Origin: Octopus bimaculoides
Taxonomy: Eukaryota
Direction of reading: 5' to 3'
NCBI RefSeq assembly: GCF_001194135.2
Contig: NC_068992.1
Span: forward strand, 32,059,238-32,095,553
Length of the DNA: 36,316 nt
Part shown: piece after piece, positions 23,246 through 36,049 of the stretch
How the letters are laid out: every line of letters starts with the position of its first letter
Position numbering within the stretch: the first letter of the stretch is position 1
Translations under genes and position numbers: made by a program
The notes under the pieces: generated by a model
What the model saw: the letters and a program-made list of their open reading frames with translations, nothing else
Told to the model about the DNA's origin: nothing
The model's database searches: none

Positions 23246-23300
23246 CCATTCCTGAGGAAGTGTCAAACGTCAGACATCGAACGAATCAGTCGTTGGATAG
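23246..23300 (+). ncRNA. Degenerate type I hammerhead-ribozyme-like motif in pseudo-LTR (copy 1)
   Basis: ccattc-CTGAGGA(23252-23258)-a-gtgtc/gacat stem II-c-GAAC (one A short of GAAAC)-cga atcag tcg stem III-GTT-ggatag, which partly pairs with ccattc. Confidence 0.5.
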
Positions 23301-23563
23301 AGTTGAGCACAGAAATGTTGACATCGAATGGTAAATAATTAAATAAATGGAATAAAAATCGATCGTGTTGAAAATCTCTATCCTTTTTAAATATACAAAT
23401 TTGAAACCTTGGAAATATAAAAGATGAGAACGATCCTTAAGGAATCTAATCAATGATCCTTTGGGGTGAAGTCTTATGCTATATTGGTAACGATTACAAA
23501 GTTTACTGGAACATTATAATAATCTCTCGCCTTTAATAGACGCAGATTAATAACCGCTTACCA

Positions 23564-23765
23564 ATGGAGACTTTCAACATCGACGTATCCATGAAGGACA
23601 TACTCATCCCACCAAAAAAGATCTACATGGAGCAGCTCATCCATAAAACACATTCTTTCATAAATAGAATTCGTTGGAGAGCACACTTTGGGGATTATAA
23701 AGAAAAACACAAGGACACATCGGGAGACGGATCGAAATACACAAGAATTTTTAAATCTAGAAAAA
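23564..23765 (+). CDS. N-terminal fragment of PLE RT-endonuclease ORF (open up to the gap)
   Basis: 67 uninterrupted codons with the PLE N-terminal motif; continuation hidden by a 100-N gap. Confidence 0.7.
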
Positions 23766-25094
23766 NNNNNNNNNNNNNNNNNNNNNNNNNNNNNNNNNNN
23801 NNNNNNNNNNNNNNNNNNNNNNNNNNNNNNNNNNNNNNNNNNNNNNNNNNNNNNNNNNNNNNNNNTCATGTGAGATGGTCTTTCAATTTCAATTTGATTA
23901 TCTTAATCTTAAATAAAGCGTATCAGCTAAATATTTATGCCAAATTTCACATTTGCTTCATTAATTCATGTTTCCTTAAGTATATTCAAGTAGAATATAG
24001 ACTAAAAATTAAGTAATAAGTCTATATGAAGACATGTAGACATTGTTGTATGTCTCAGAAGCTTGAACGCCATGCTGGTGAGTTATCAGTATTTGCAGGT
24101 ACTCATAAAGAAGAGAATAACGTTTATTAACGTATATGCACGGCGATAAAGTGGATGGAAAAAAACAAGTTTCCTTTTTTCGTTCAGAAATATTTATAAG
24201 TTTTCAGTATTTTATCAATTTTCGAGTAGACAATAATTATATTTCATATCTATTAATATCTAAGTGCTTCTATCCATAAGCATGTTAGAAACCAAACTGC
24301 AAATATTTAACCTCAAAAAGAAGGAAAATATTATGAAATAGCATTCATGTTTGAAAAAACTGCTTTTCAAAATTCCTTTCTACAGATGTGAAAAATGGTA
24401 AAATCTTGCAAAATATTTTTATTTATTTGGCTGTATAATCAACATGAAATTTAATTTCCGTTAACCCAATGTAATATTATGTTATTAATACATTTTACTC
24501 ATTAATCTGTTGTAATATGTTGAGTCAATATTTTAATGTAACGACATTAGCGAATATATTGCAACATTAAGTACTTAAATTGTGTATACATTGCATAATA
24601 TTTTTTTCATTATCTGTTTATTTAAAGATGCCATAATTGAAATAAATTCAGATTATATAACTTCTGATATGAGAATAAATATTGGCGCGTGGAGCCGGAA
24701 TCTTCTTGATATTTTATTGCGCTAACTTTCATCATTTATTATCAGCATTAATCGAAATAAACCTACTGATGGAAGACAACAAAAGAAAAAACCTTAAAAT
24801 GAATAATCAGATCTTCTATTATAAACGGTATAAAATATTTTGCAAGGCCTAAAATATTAAAGTATGATTTAGAAGTTTCAACAGTAAACGTAAACCACAA
24901 ACAAAATTTATAGTACAAATTATGTGGCGCATTTTTACCGTTTATCACTATATTTCGTTGGAAATACAAAAACATTAATTTCCACTCCAACAGTAGAAGT
25001 AAAGAGTTTAAGAATAAATTTCATAACGCCGTTCTTCTAAATGTTCTGGTGTCAAATGGTGTCGGTCTTATGAAAATGTTATATATACATATCT

Positions 25095-25341
25095 TTCTCT
25101 CTTCCCCTCTCTCTCTTTCTCTCTTTCTCTCCCTCACTCACTCCTCCTTTCTCTCCGCATTCTTTCTGTATTTGTACTTGTGTGTGAGTATGTTGTGTGC
25201 ATGTGTATGTGTATGAGTGTGTGCATAAATTTATGCACNNNNNNNNNNNNNNNNNNNNNNNNNNNNNNNNNNNNNNNNNNNNNNNNNNNNNNNNNNNNNN
25301 NNNNNNNNNNNNNNNNNNNNNNNNNNNNNNNNNNNNNNNNN

Positions 25342-25375
<34 letters not shown>
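25095..25375. repeat. (TC)n, (TG)n, (TA)n microsatellites around gap 25239-25341
   Basis: Directly visible. Confidence 0.9.
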
Positions 25376-25377
<2 letters not shown>

Positions 25378-26263
25378 TTATTGAGATTATGGGTGTTTCA
25401 CATATACCCTGGCACAACAAAACCACTGTACATAGCAGTATGCATATTTCATGGAGCCATCATGAATCAATTAAACTGCCAAAAGTAATTGACAGGATGT
25501 TTCAGCGCTTCCATATACATACCACAATGTGAAGCGCCCGCACTGTGGCACTTTGTTCGAATAACGTGTTAGCAAAATAGCCTGTTGATAATACACGTTC
25601 ATTCTTTATGTTTTTATTATATATTCTTTTACTGATGTACCGCATTTAAGTGGCGATCTACCACTGGTTTACTAATTCCACCAGTCAGTAGAGAATGAAT
25701 TACAACACATATGCATTTTCGTAGTAGTAATATTGTGATACTAATATTGAACTCAAATTTTCGCGGAGTATTGAATGCAATGCACAGCCATATTAATAAA
25801 TTTAATAAAATTAAATTGAATATTATTATTCTGCATGATGAATTGAATGAAAGATAACAGAACTTTAAATATAAATCCTTCCTGCATTCTCACTATACTT
25901 AACCTTCTACTTAATCACTATGTCTACACTAAGAGTTTTTAGCCTAGATCAATACTTTGAATAAACTGAATACCTTGGTTAAACATAATGTTATCCCATA
26001 TTAGTAATAAAGTACTAGAACGTATACACACATTCTGCTATATGGCTATTTGTATGAATATTACGTACCCACGAAAGCCAGCAACTGTATCTAAATCGTT
26101 CAAGTACGATAGCTAATACCCTAACTTCGTTAAACATTATTTAGTCTTACCGTTGTTCACAATGTATCAAAACGTATTCAAGCATTTTACTGCCTAGATA
26201 AATTCAATTGAATAATCTACTACCTTGTTAACCCTAATTTATTTTTACTTTAGTGCTAGATAA

Positions 26264-28450
26264 CACTGGGCAAAAAGAAACTTTTTTGTCTTGTGCCTGG
26301 TATATTTCAATGAATTAAGTATTTTGCCTGCTAAATTTTAAAAATGACTTCAGTTTTTCTCAATCAGGACTAGCTTTCTGGTTAAACCTGATTGAGTAAG
26401 TATTTTATTCATACAAAAGGCATATAGTATGAATCAATAAAGAGAGTGTAACATAAAACAAAACGAAGTACAAATCAAAATTCAAACTTGAATATGCACA
26501 TAGGTTAAGATTTTTGGCAGATAATCTAAGGAATAATTGTGTGTGTCGTGAATGTTGAGCAACATGAGTATCTCGTTTTAAGCACCACCAATAGTCTGCC
26601 GTAATCACAGCGTCGCAACGTCCTTGCTACCGGGTTTCCATCTCTTTGATGTCCTGATGGAATTGTTCGCCCTGTTCATCGCTAACATCTCTGAGATTTT
26701 CAGGAAAAACAATCAAGATAACTAAAAAGATAATGCATTTTGGTGCTCATATTCGCGCCAGTATAACGAAAAGTTGATATCAAGTTGGTAACACGGTCTT
26801 TGCAGTTTTGACTTTGTGTTTCCCAAGGAAATTTTACTCTAATTCTGCAAAGGCTAGCCAAGCTGATGCTTCAATTTCGCTCATTACTTTCACGGAATTT
26901 GTGTCCTTCAAGAGCTTACGGTTCTGTGGTCCATCGAACATCTCTGCTTTAAGATTTTCAATCGTCAGGTCTAGTAATACACTGCAGATATACTTGAAGT
27001 ACTCCCCATTTTTGCTAAGAGCTTTAACAAATTGCGTGATTAATCAGAGAGTTTGATGTGCAAAGAGGAGGAAATGATCTATCTCCCTGAAGTAAATGTT
27101 CTTCCAATATATTGGCAGCTCTACATGGAGCCATAGTTTTTCGAGGCGGCCAGTCTTTTTTAACATAGTGGTTTCCTTGGTCTGTATTGTCCCACATGCA
27201 AAGAAAGCACGGATATTTGGTATTACCAGATATCTGTCCCATGAGGAAGTTCAACATCTTTAAGTCAACGCAGATGACCAATTTATGGTCATGATATAGT
27301 ATCTTCTTTAAAACTAACTTAATTTCTTCATATTTTTCCTTCAGAGTTCTTGAGTGGCCGAGTGGGACACAGCCATATACATTTCCGCTGTGCAACAATA
27401 CAATATTTTAAACAACGCTTAGAGCTGTCTATGAAAAGACACACTACCTCTGATTTGTATTCCTCAATGCTAAGTTTATAAAAGAAGCCTACTGACATCT
27501 CACTAAACCAGCTCTTCTTGATTTGTGAGAAAAGAAAGGAACTCTTCATGCCGACTCCGCTAAAATGTTATACGGACACCATTCTCTAGAACATTCTTCT
27601 CTTTCAGTCGAGAAGCCAACAGTTCTGCAAAACTTTCTGAGAGGTTCAAGTCATGAACTAGATCATTTAACTCCACCTTGGAGAAAAGCTGATGTAAACT
27701 CTCAACTGAAAAGACTTGATCTCAAGTGTCTTATTCAAGTGATAAGTCTTCTTTGGTAGAGGGTAAAGTTATCTGAGGCAAAACATTGAAGACAGGATCA
27801 GGAAGCTCTACTCTGTGTGGAACCGGTCTAATAGCAGAATCAAGATTAGGATAGACAAGTGTTTGTCTATTTTTCCGATTAATACTCTTCAAATTTAGGT
27901 TACGAAAATAGCAGTTGTGTAAGTGATTATAGGACTCCCGCTATACCACTGGTATAGCAAACCTCATACTTTTCCTTGTCCTTTTAGTCCATTGTCGCAA
28001 ATGTTCTGTACATTGTTTGCAGACACTATGCGGTGCCTAATATTTATCTTGATCTCCCAACTTGACCCTAAAATATGCCATATACGCTCTTTCAACAAAA
28101 TCAGTGATGTTATTTTCGATTTTCAGGTAATGCGTATTCTCTACAAACATAACAACTCATATTTGGAGAATTAATGCAACACTTTCTTGAAGAGAACACC
28201 CTGCTCATTTTCTATTGCTTAGCTCCGCACAATATCTAAAAAGAACGGAAAAAGAAACAAAAACTTGGAATTATAATAAGATAACGAACAATGCGTACTG
28301 GACGTACACTCAAACATAGAAAATATGAATGTTCAATAATTAAAACTAGATCTGATAGGTGAAAAAGAAGGCTATATTCGGATTCAGGAGATTGAGTTTG
28401 AATAGGAATGGTGTCTATTTTCTAAAAACCAAAAACTTGGTAGACCAGTG
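26264..28450 (-). mobile_element. Chapaev3-type (CMC superfamily) DNA transposon, both ends intact, 3-bp TSD TAA
   Basis: Termini are TAA|CACTGG (26261-26269) and CCAGTG|TAA (28445-28453), enclosing a complete but disrupted transposase. Confidence 0.85.
26540..28208 (-). pseudogene. Chapaev-type transposase, inactivated
   Basis: ATG 28208 gives MSRVFSSRKCCINSPNMSCYVCREY..YFRVKLGDQDKY*APHSVCKQCTEHLRQW..NH..CYF..YPNLDSAIRPVPH (zinc finger). Later motifs are LFIDSSKRCLK, ICVDLKMLNFLMGQISGNTKYPCFLCMWD, PPL, GPQNRKL, SDEQGEQFHQDI and ADYWWCLKRD; several stops and frameshifts. Confidence 0.9.
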
Positions 28451-29229
28451 TAATATATTGGAACCATATTCAAACATTCAGTTTTCTACAAAAATGCTTA
28501 TTTTGCCATTGGTCTTGGAATCTTAAAGTCTAAATAGTTTCTATATGATGAGTACACCTAATTTTACACTGAATTATTGAACATACTCTAGTAAAGTTGA
28601 ACTTTAGCCAATACAAATATATACTTTCCTAATTTACTTAACCATAATTTGGCTGGGAAGTAGTATCGCATAATTATGAATACGCAATACTACTTTGTTG
28701 CAATTAACTGTATGACGTAGCACATGACCGTGATAAATCAGGAGGGATTGAATTTGTGTCTCTTCCTAATATTACATCAAAGCAAATAGCTTATTTGTAT
28801 TAAAATCAACGCGTACAAATTAATAAAATAACGTTTACCTGATCAGAATTACATGTTTGCAATGGAAACTTAAAGGAAGAAGAAATATTTTGAGAAGATG
28901 CAGTTTTACCATCACTTATATGGACATAATTGAGTGATATATTTACACCGCTAGAATATTAAAAGACCCAAAACCCAAAACGTGGCGAAATTAGTATTAA
29001 AATTAAGGTGATTCGAGCTATTTTTCGATCTTCACTGCAACCTTGCCAATAGTTACTTCAATTGTCTTGATTCAGTTGAGGATTCAATGAAAATGTTGCA
29101 TATGTGAATCTTGCATCCATGTTCTTCACATAAATATTTCAAATATGTGTTAGATGTGTAGTCAAATATATATACGTGTGCGAAGTGTACGGAAATAGAT
29201 AAATACTATATGTACATATAGATACTCTA

Positions 29230-29368
29230 TGCAGGTATGCATGTATATTATGTATATGTATGTATATATATATATATGTGTGCGNNNNNNNNNNNNNNNN
29301 NNNNNNNNNNNNNNNNNNNNNNNNNNNNNNNNNNNNNNNNNNNNNNNNNNNNNNNNNNNNNNNNNNNN

Positions 29369-29405
<37 letters not shown>
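29230..29405. repeat. (TA)/(TG)n microsatellites around gap 29285-29368
   Basis: Directly visible. Confidence 0.95.
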
Positions 29406-29407
<2 letters not shown>

Positions 29408-30399
29408 ATTTTGTGTCTGTGTGTGTTTGTTAAAGGCGAAAGTCCCTACGTATGCAGCAAATGAATATGCTCCAGTCTTAATATAAGTGTAGGTGTGTTT
29501 GACTTCTTTGATTTTTGGTATTTCGCATAGACATCAATGTATTTCCATAATCCTTGTTTACTTGGAATACATTTAATTAATCTCATCAATAAAACTACTT
29601 TTGTACAATTTGTATATGGGTTAACCAATAATTTTCAGTATTCTTATAATGTTATCAAATGTTTTACATTTCTTCTATATAAGCATTATTCAATCTTGCT
29701 TGAAATTGGTTAATAATTCGGTCGAAGAATAGTATAATTGCTGGAGTTATATGATCTAAAGTTCAAACGATAAAAATGAGGTAATATATCTGTGCATTGA
29801 TTTTCGCCTGCAGAGAGGATAGCTATAATTCGCTAATGAATTAAGAAGAGCAGAATTTTTTTAAATCTCTTAAAGGAAAAGGATCTAGAAATTTCCCCTG
29901 TATGGAAATAGCGCGATGTCACTAATGTTATGGATAGGTGGAGAATAAATTAAAATGCATATTCGACATTGTTTTATGATCAGAAAGAAATGCTCATGGA
30001 CAATCTCTTATCCATATAGATGTTATATCAATCATTAGGATAGTTATTTTACCCTTGATAATAACTGTACTGATCATCTTATTATAATGGGCATTATGTC
30101 CGCCTGTCTGCCCATCTCTCCGTCTCTTTGTCTGCTCCCTTTTCACGTGATTACAAAGACGGTCCTCATGGGTTTTTAGCATTGAAAAATCAGAAAGTAT
30201 GATTATTTCGTGGATATCGACTTTTGAATTGATAAACTAACTTTGCTTTTTTATTACAAATTCACTGTCCATGAGTAACTCTGGATTTTCATCGTATAGT
30301 TCGTGGCTCCATCGTAGATACAAAGTGGGTCGCGAGGACGGTTAATAGCGAAAATAACATGGAAAACGTGCGTGTGTATGTGATTATTTAGTGGCTATT

Positions 30400-30760
30400 G
30401 AAGTGTGTCAGTCTCGAGCAGGGTCCGAAACGACTAATGGTTGTGGCGATTGTTTACATCTTAGTTTTGTCAATCAAAATAACGCATGACATCAGAACAT
30501 CCAGACATGATTCTCATAGAACAGTGAAAGGTAAGTCTTAGTTTGATTTTTGGCAACCCTAAAGCTTCCGCTTGCAGAGTCACAACAAATAAGGCACGGA
30601 CCAGACTTTAGATCATGGAGATGTATATTTACCCGCTCCGATGTTTACACACAGCCAGTTATATGTCGCTATGAGTAGAGCAACGGACTCCAATAATTTG
30701 AAAATTAGTGTCACCAAACCAGAATGTATCATCTACAAAGGAGTCTGGAATCATATTGAT
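30400..30760 (+). pseudogene. Helitron (PIF1-family) helicase C-terminal fragment
   Basis: QG....RLMVV (cf. GLCNGTRL.V), VTTNKA.GQT and QTLDHGDVYLPAPMFTHSQLYVAMSRATDSNNLKI..IIYKGV (cf. TINKSQGQTL..VG.YL..PVFSHGQLYVA.SR..NIVY.EV). Confidence 0.8.
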
Positions 30761-32379
30761 ATTATCGAAAGGAATATGACACATAATTTAAATAAGGAAA
30801 TGTGTGACCTTTGAATGTATAAGAGTATAAACAAACGTAACATAGTGTAAAGAACTGAAATAACGGTATATCGAAACAACACTTTTCCTTCATACTTTTT
30901 ATGTAGTGATCGCAGGAAGCTCTGGTTTTCGTTAGGAGTGGTCCACATAACCATTCATGATACAGAAGCTGAGAGTCTATTTCTGTTCGGTAGTTAATTG
31001 TCACCACATGTCACTTAGTCGGAAACACATGCCATATAGCTGCGATAGAATACTGTATCACCAACAATTATATGATTTCTCTACATCATCCAGTAATCTA
31101 TAAAGTCCAGTTACACATTTCTGAATACATAATGTTGTTACGACCCCCCCCCCCTCATTTTATGCCTCCATTTTAGATGGGTACATTTGCTAGTTCTTTA
31201 TAATTATGAAAGGCAAGCCAAAACAACATTGTCTTGTGATAATACAAATCTACTGGAGAATATTTAAGTAGGTATAATGTTTTTGCTCCGATAAGATACT
31301 GTAAATAAACTGCTGCATATTACCTAAAATGTTAATCAGTGAAAATTATATTAAAATGTTCAATTATTTATAATATGAATGATACATCTGTATTTTGCCT
31401 GATATCATTTCTAAAGACATATGTATTTAGACGTGAGATCTGGAAAAACGGTTATCACGAATTATTATTTTTTTTTTTTTAAATTTCTAAATGGTTGTAC
31501 GATGGTTCTTTGGAATACGTTTATTTGTTCGAGCTTTTGTGCCCCGTGGAAAAACTTTCTGTATCTATAGTATTAGAAACCTTATCACATGCAATTAAGA
31601 TTGGATGTCTTTAAAGAGATACGTTGGATCTAATTGCCAAATTATTGAATTTACACTGACAGCTTAAGAACATGTGCGATAGATGTTACCTCAGACTCTA
31701 TGAATAGACATATATTCGATATGATCTGAATATACCAGCGTTGGTTGAAAGATATAGTGAGTCCGTATCACATGATTCGATGCTTTAGCGTGTGTAGCGT
31801 GTGCACTTGTGTGATCGCTTGTGCGTGAGTGTACTGAACATAATCCGAGATGAAAACGATTGTGATGAGGCTGAACAGATAAGAAGGTGAGATTGTAAAG
31901 GCGCTGGGATTTTTATTTCCATAAATGTTATTTCCTTATGCCCAAGATAAACACTATTTGGATCCTGATGTGTGAGTGTGTGTGGTGTGTGGTGTGTGGT
32001 GCGTGTGCGTGAGTGTGCACGCGCGTGTGTGAGTGTTCACTAACAACAATTCAACTGTAAGAAAGACAGAAAATATCGTATGTCATTTGTAATAGCCCGA
32101 AGGCTGTTACAAATGCCAGATGATATATTTAATTATATTATTGAACACCTGAAAACATGTCAAACTAAATGACCGTGTTGTAGATTCTAATTTGTTCAAC
32201 AGTGAAGATTTAAGATACTTAACAAAAATATGTTCGTTGACCATATACTATTTTGGATTTTACCTATCGTGTACTAGAAAATTTGAGTACGTCTTATGCA
32301 GAAACATTTTTCAATTACCAACATATGCAATAATAAATGGTAGACATCCTACATTGGAGTAACTGAGAAAATAAAGCAA

Positions 32380-32840
32380 ATCCCATCTCTTCGTCTCTTT
32401 CTCTTTCCTCGTTTTCTCCCTCCTCCCATACCCATCCTCCCTTCTCTTATATCCACCTTCCCCTTCCCCTTCATCGTCAACCCTCCCCCATAAGCCCATC
32501 CAACCCCTACACACTCCTACCCTACCTTCCTATCCCACCCCATCCCATCCTTTACACCCAGCCCAACCTCTGCCTACCTACATACCCGTATCTCTACCCC
32601 ACACTAAGCCTAACCCACACTCCAACTATGGTTACCACACTCTCGCCTCCGCCACCTCCCAACACCCTCACATCACGCCACGCTACACCATATCACATGA
32701 CACATCACATCACAACACACAACCACGTAAACACTAGCACTGACCAATTCCCTTCCCCACATTTTCACATCCTCACACCTACATACACATGCATACGTTA
32801 AGATCACCAGCATTCTCTCACACACACACACACCTTCTCC
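32380..32840. repeat. C-rich (CT/CA) low-complexity tract
   Basis: Strong C/T then C/A bias with many CCC runs. Confidence 0.8.
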
Positions 32841-32976
32841 TCTTGGGTTCACCACTTCATTGTTATCCCCCCTTTTTCTTAGCTCTCCTGTGTGACCCTT
32901 TTGTCCGGCATTCGGCATGATAGATCGCTGACCACTACATTTATATGTTTTCTCTCTCCTTGTTTCTTTCTGTGTT

Positions 32977-33014
32977 CCTTTAAGTTGAAGGGCGTAGGCT
33001 GGAAACGTCAAAGA
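32977..33014 (+). ncRNA. Degenerate minimal type I hammerhead-like motif (PLE-associated type)
   Basis: cttt-aagttgaa-gggc GTAG gctg-GAAACGTC-aaag: short stem II, palindromic ACGT stem III, GUC site, and cttt/aaag stem I. The CUGANGA core is eroded. Confidence 0.45.
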
Positions 33015-33024
33015 CTTTCTCTAT

Positions 33025-33561
33025 NNNNNNNNNNNNNNNNNNNNNNNNNNNNNNNNNNNNNNNNNNNNNNNNNNNNNNNNNNNNNNNNNNNNNNNNNNNN
33101 NNNNNNNNNNNNNNNNNNNNNNNNNNNNNNNNNNNNNNNNNNNNNNNNNNNNNNNNNNNNNNNNNNNNNNNNNNNNNNNNNNNNNNNNNNNNNNNNNNNN
33201 NNNNNNNNNNNNNNNNNNNNNNNNNNNNNNNNNNNNNNNNNNNNNNNNNNNNNNNNNNNNNNNNNNNNNNNNNNNNNNNNNNNNNNNNNNNNNNNNNNNN
33301 NNNNNNNNNNNNNNNNNNNNNNNNNNNNNNNNNNNNNNNNNNNNNNNNNNNNNNNNNNNNNNNNNNNNNNNNNNNNNNNNNNNNNNNNNNNNNNNNNNNN
33401 NNNNNNNNNNNNNNNNNNNNNNNNNNNNNNNNNNNNNNNNNNNNNNNNNNNNNNNNNNNNNNNNNNNNNNNNNNNNNNNNNNNNNNNNNNNNNNNNNNNN
33501 NNNNNNNNNNNNNNNNNNNNNNNNNNNNNNNNNNNNNNNNNNNNNNNNNNNNNNNNNNNNN

Positions 33562-33593
<32 letters not shown>

Positions 33594-33600
33594 GTATATA
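33025..33600. other. Assembly gap 33025-33561 followed by (TA)n
   Basis: Run of N then TA repeat. Confidence 1.
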
Positions 33601-35469
33601 TTGTTAAATAGATAGATAAGTAGATAGATGACACAATCTGACTCCCACTTAGTTTCTTAATAGATCGATGTATATTTTAGAAACGACAAATTAGCAACCG
33701 TTACAACAAATAATTTGAAATAAAATCCATTGATCTTAATACACGTAATCAAGTTATATAAAATGGCGATTCTATTCGAAAACAATGGTAATGAAAAGAA
33801 AAAAAACTCATGAGAAATATTATACTAATAAGATTTTTAGTATAATCTTTTCTACTGATAAATTCATTGTCTTTTTCATTCTTGTTTATATAATTATGTT
33901 GTTTCAGATTATTTCCGCAATTTACATTTGCTGTTGTGGGCAATGTGGCAATCACTCATGATTGGGTGGATTCTGACACAGTTTATGTTGTATATGACAT
34001 GTTTACATTTAGCAGTTATAAATATATTGCACATTTTCTTATTCATGTTTTGTCGGAATTAATGCAATTTTGCACGCTCTGTCCCGCGAAAATTTCCCCT
34101 CTGTTCGTCAGCATAATCGTTACATCACCTACATTAACATCAAGTGTAACGAGCCAGCACCTCTATAACCCAAACAATATTAAAATAAACATGTAAAGTG
34201 TCACTATTATTAACACAAGAACAGAATTACGCTCCAATACACACATATATCTGTGTCTTTAAGTAATAATAAATTTAGACCGAGGAGACCGATCACTTTC
34301 TGCGAAATAAAAAAAAATTCTAACTATTAATCACATTATATTAATTTAAGATACATCGAATAATATGATAATGGGCACACTATCTAAAATTCAAGGGTTA
34401 CACATAGCTAGATGACATTTGAATCTTTATCAGTACTTCAGACTGCTCTTCAGCTGTACAATAATTATAAAGAGTGTGTTACAACATTTATTACATCGTA
34501 TCACCTTCACACATGTTCACATTTACAATCGTTATTATAGATCCTCAAGTCATCAGATAGGCTTCATACTCAGACCCTATTTGTGGAACGAATTGCTTAG
34601 AAGCAAATCTACCGACAAGCAAGTTACGTGACATACCGTGTGGAAACAACATTTATAAGAGCAGGTTCATTATTTCTGGTTGTTGATTTTATATTTGTAT
34701 ACAATTTATACGAGAAATATGTCATGATAGTTTGATACCTGTCATGTTATTTATCAACTGATTAGTTTGACGATGAAAGTAACCTGGATGGCATTATCTA
34801 AGGACACGAATATGTTAAGTGTAATGAAGTGAATCTCAGATCATAAAAATACTTCGAATGAGGCAACACACTATACTTCACGAAAGGCGTTTGAGGGTCG
34901 TTGTATGGCGTTAAAACTTATGGTTATTATGATTAATTAACTCTACAAACTATCAATGAAATTTCCGTTCTACTCGTATTTCTCAGTTACAGGTTTGCTA
35001 CAGTTAATACAGTACATAGATTCACTGAATCAGCTAATATTTGTAGAGAAATCGATTTACGTTTAGAAAACTCGATTATACACTCTTATGTATCTACTTA
35101 CCCGCCTATAATCGGAACTAACATTGAATATACAAGAATATACCTTTTACATGGACAATATTTAAGTGTATACATGGATATGTTTCAGAAGTTTTCGATT
35201 CCTACAAAAGTTATCATAATACAAAATAATACACTGAAAAATGTGAATTTTCATCGCTCATGTTTATGATAAACTGCATTTCTTTCACGTACCTACTTAA
35301 TGGCATTCAGTCTTGGGTCAGCATTATCTATTTATTCGTAACTGTCCAATTGTCCAATTAGATTTCTGTAAATGTTCGTTATTCAACATTCAACGTCAAA
35401 ATTTGCTTTGAAATAGGAGACACTCTTGTAGAATGTACTCAGAATTTCATAGGAAAAATACTTTCATGT

Positions 35470-35670
35470 ACATATATATGTGTGTACATATATACATATA
35501 GGTATGTATATTTTCATGTCTACACACATGCATATGTACACATCCGTATCTAATTATACAATGTTATATAATATATATATATATATATACATATACATAA
35601 TTATGTATTTGTATATGTGGCTCATATATGCACATATATGTACATTTGTGAATACGTGTGTATAAAGGCA
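35470..35670. repeat. Degenerate (TA)/(CATA)/(TG) simple repeats
   Basis: Directly visible. Confidence 0.85.
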
Positions 35671-36049
35671 AACATATGTTTGTATGTGACTATTAGTTTG
35701 TATCAGGTGTATCTGTTCGTTTGTGCTTCTGTCCGTTTAAATACAGTTCCAAATGTTTCACCGCATAAATATTTTCTTAAAAACATAGATTAAAAGTCAG
35801 TTTTATTGCTTGTTGTTGATATTTCTTAGAAATTCGTGTGGTAAAGACATAAGTGAATTACATTATCTCGAATACTACATGTAAATTTTCAAATCTTAAA
35901 TGAAATTTCGACTAAACGTTAAGGCATATTAGATTAAGAGGAATCCTAGATGCTAAGACTGGGTGCCGATGTGACATTGTCTAGCGAAAGCGGAGGGTGG
36001 CATTGTTATAATATACTTCTATAAGAAGCAAAAGGTGAATTGTGGTAAA

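Larger units (their letters stand above)
23178..23765 (+). mobile_element. PLE 5' region (PLE-E): pseudo-LTR, leader and ORF start; cut by gap 23766-23865
   Basis: The repeat arm 23178-23419 is followed by ATG 23564: METFNIDVSMKDILIPPKKIYMEQLIHKTHSFINRIRWRAHF...IFKSRK, the S.KNIPIP..Y..QLI.K...FI.R.RW.A.F N-terminus also seen in PLE-A. Confidence 0.8.

Noticed and set aside
30405-30445. Hammerhead-like ...CCGAAACG
   Set aside because: No CUGANGA core or stems; better explained as the Helitron GLCNGTRL-coding segment.
6838-33634. Long ORFs in the track spanning N-runs (e.g. 6838-7689, 8459-9280, 15381-16782, 16974-17726, 32892-33634)
   Set aside because: Their length comes from X codons in assembly gaps and flanking microsatellite translations (YIYI, HTHT, CVCV).
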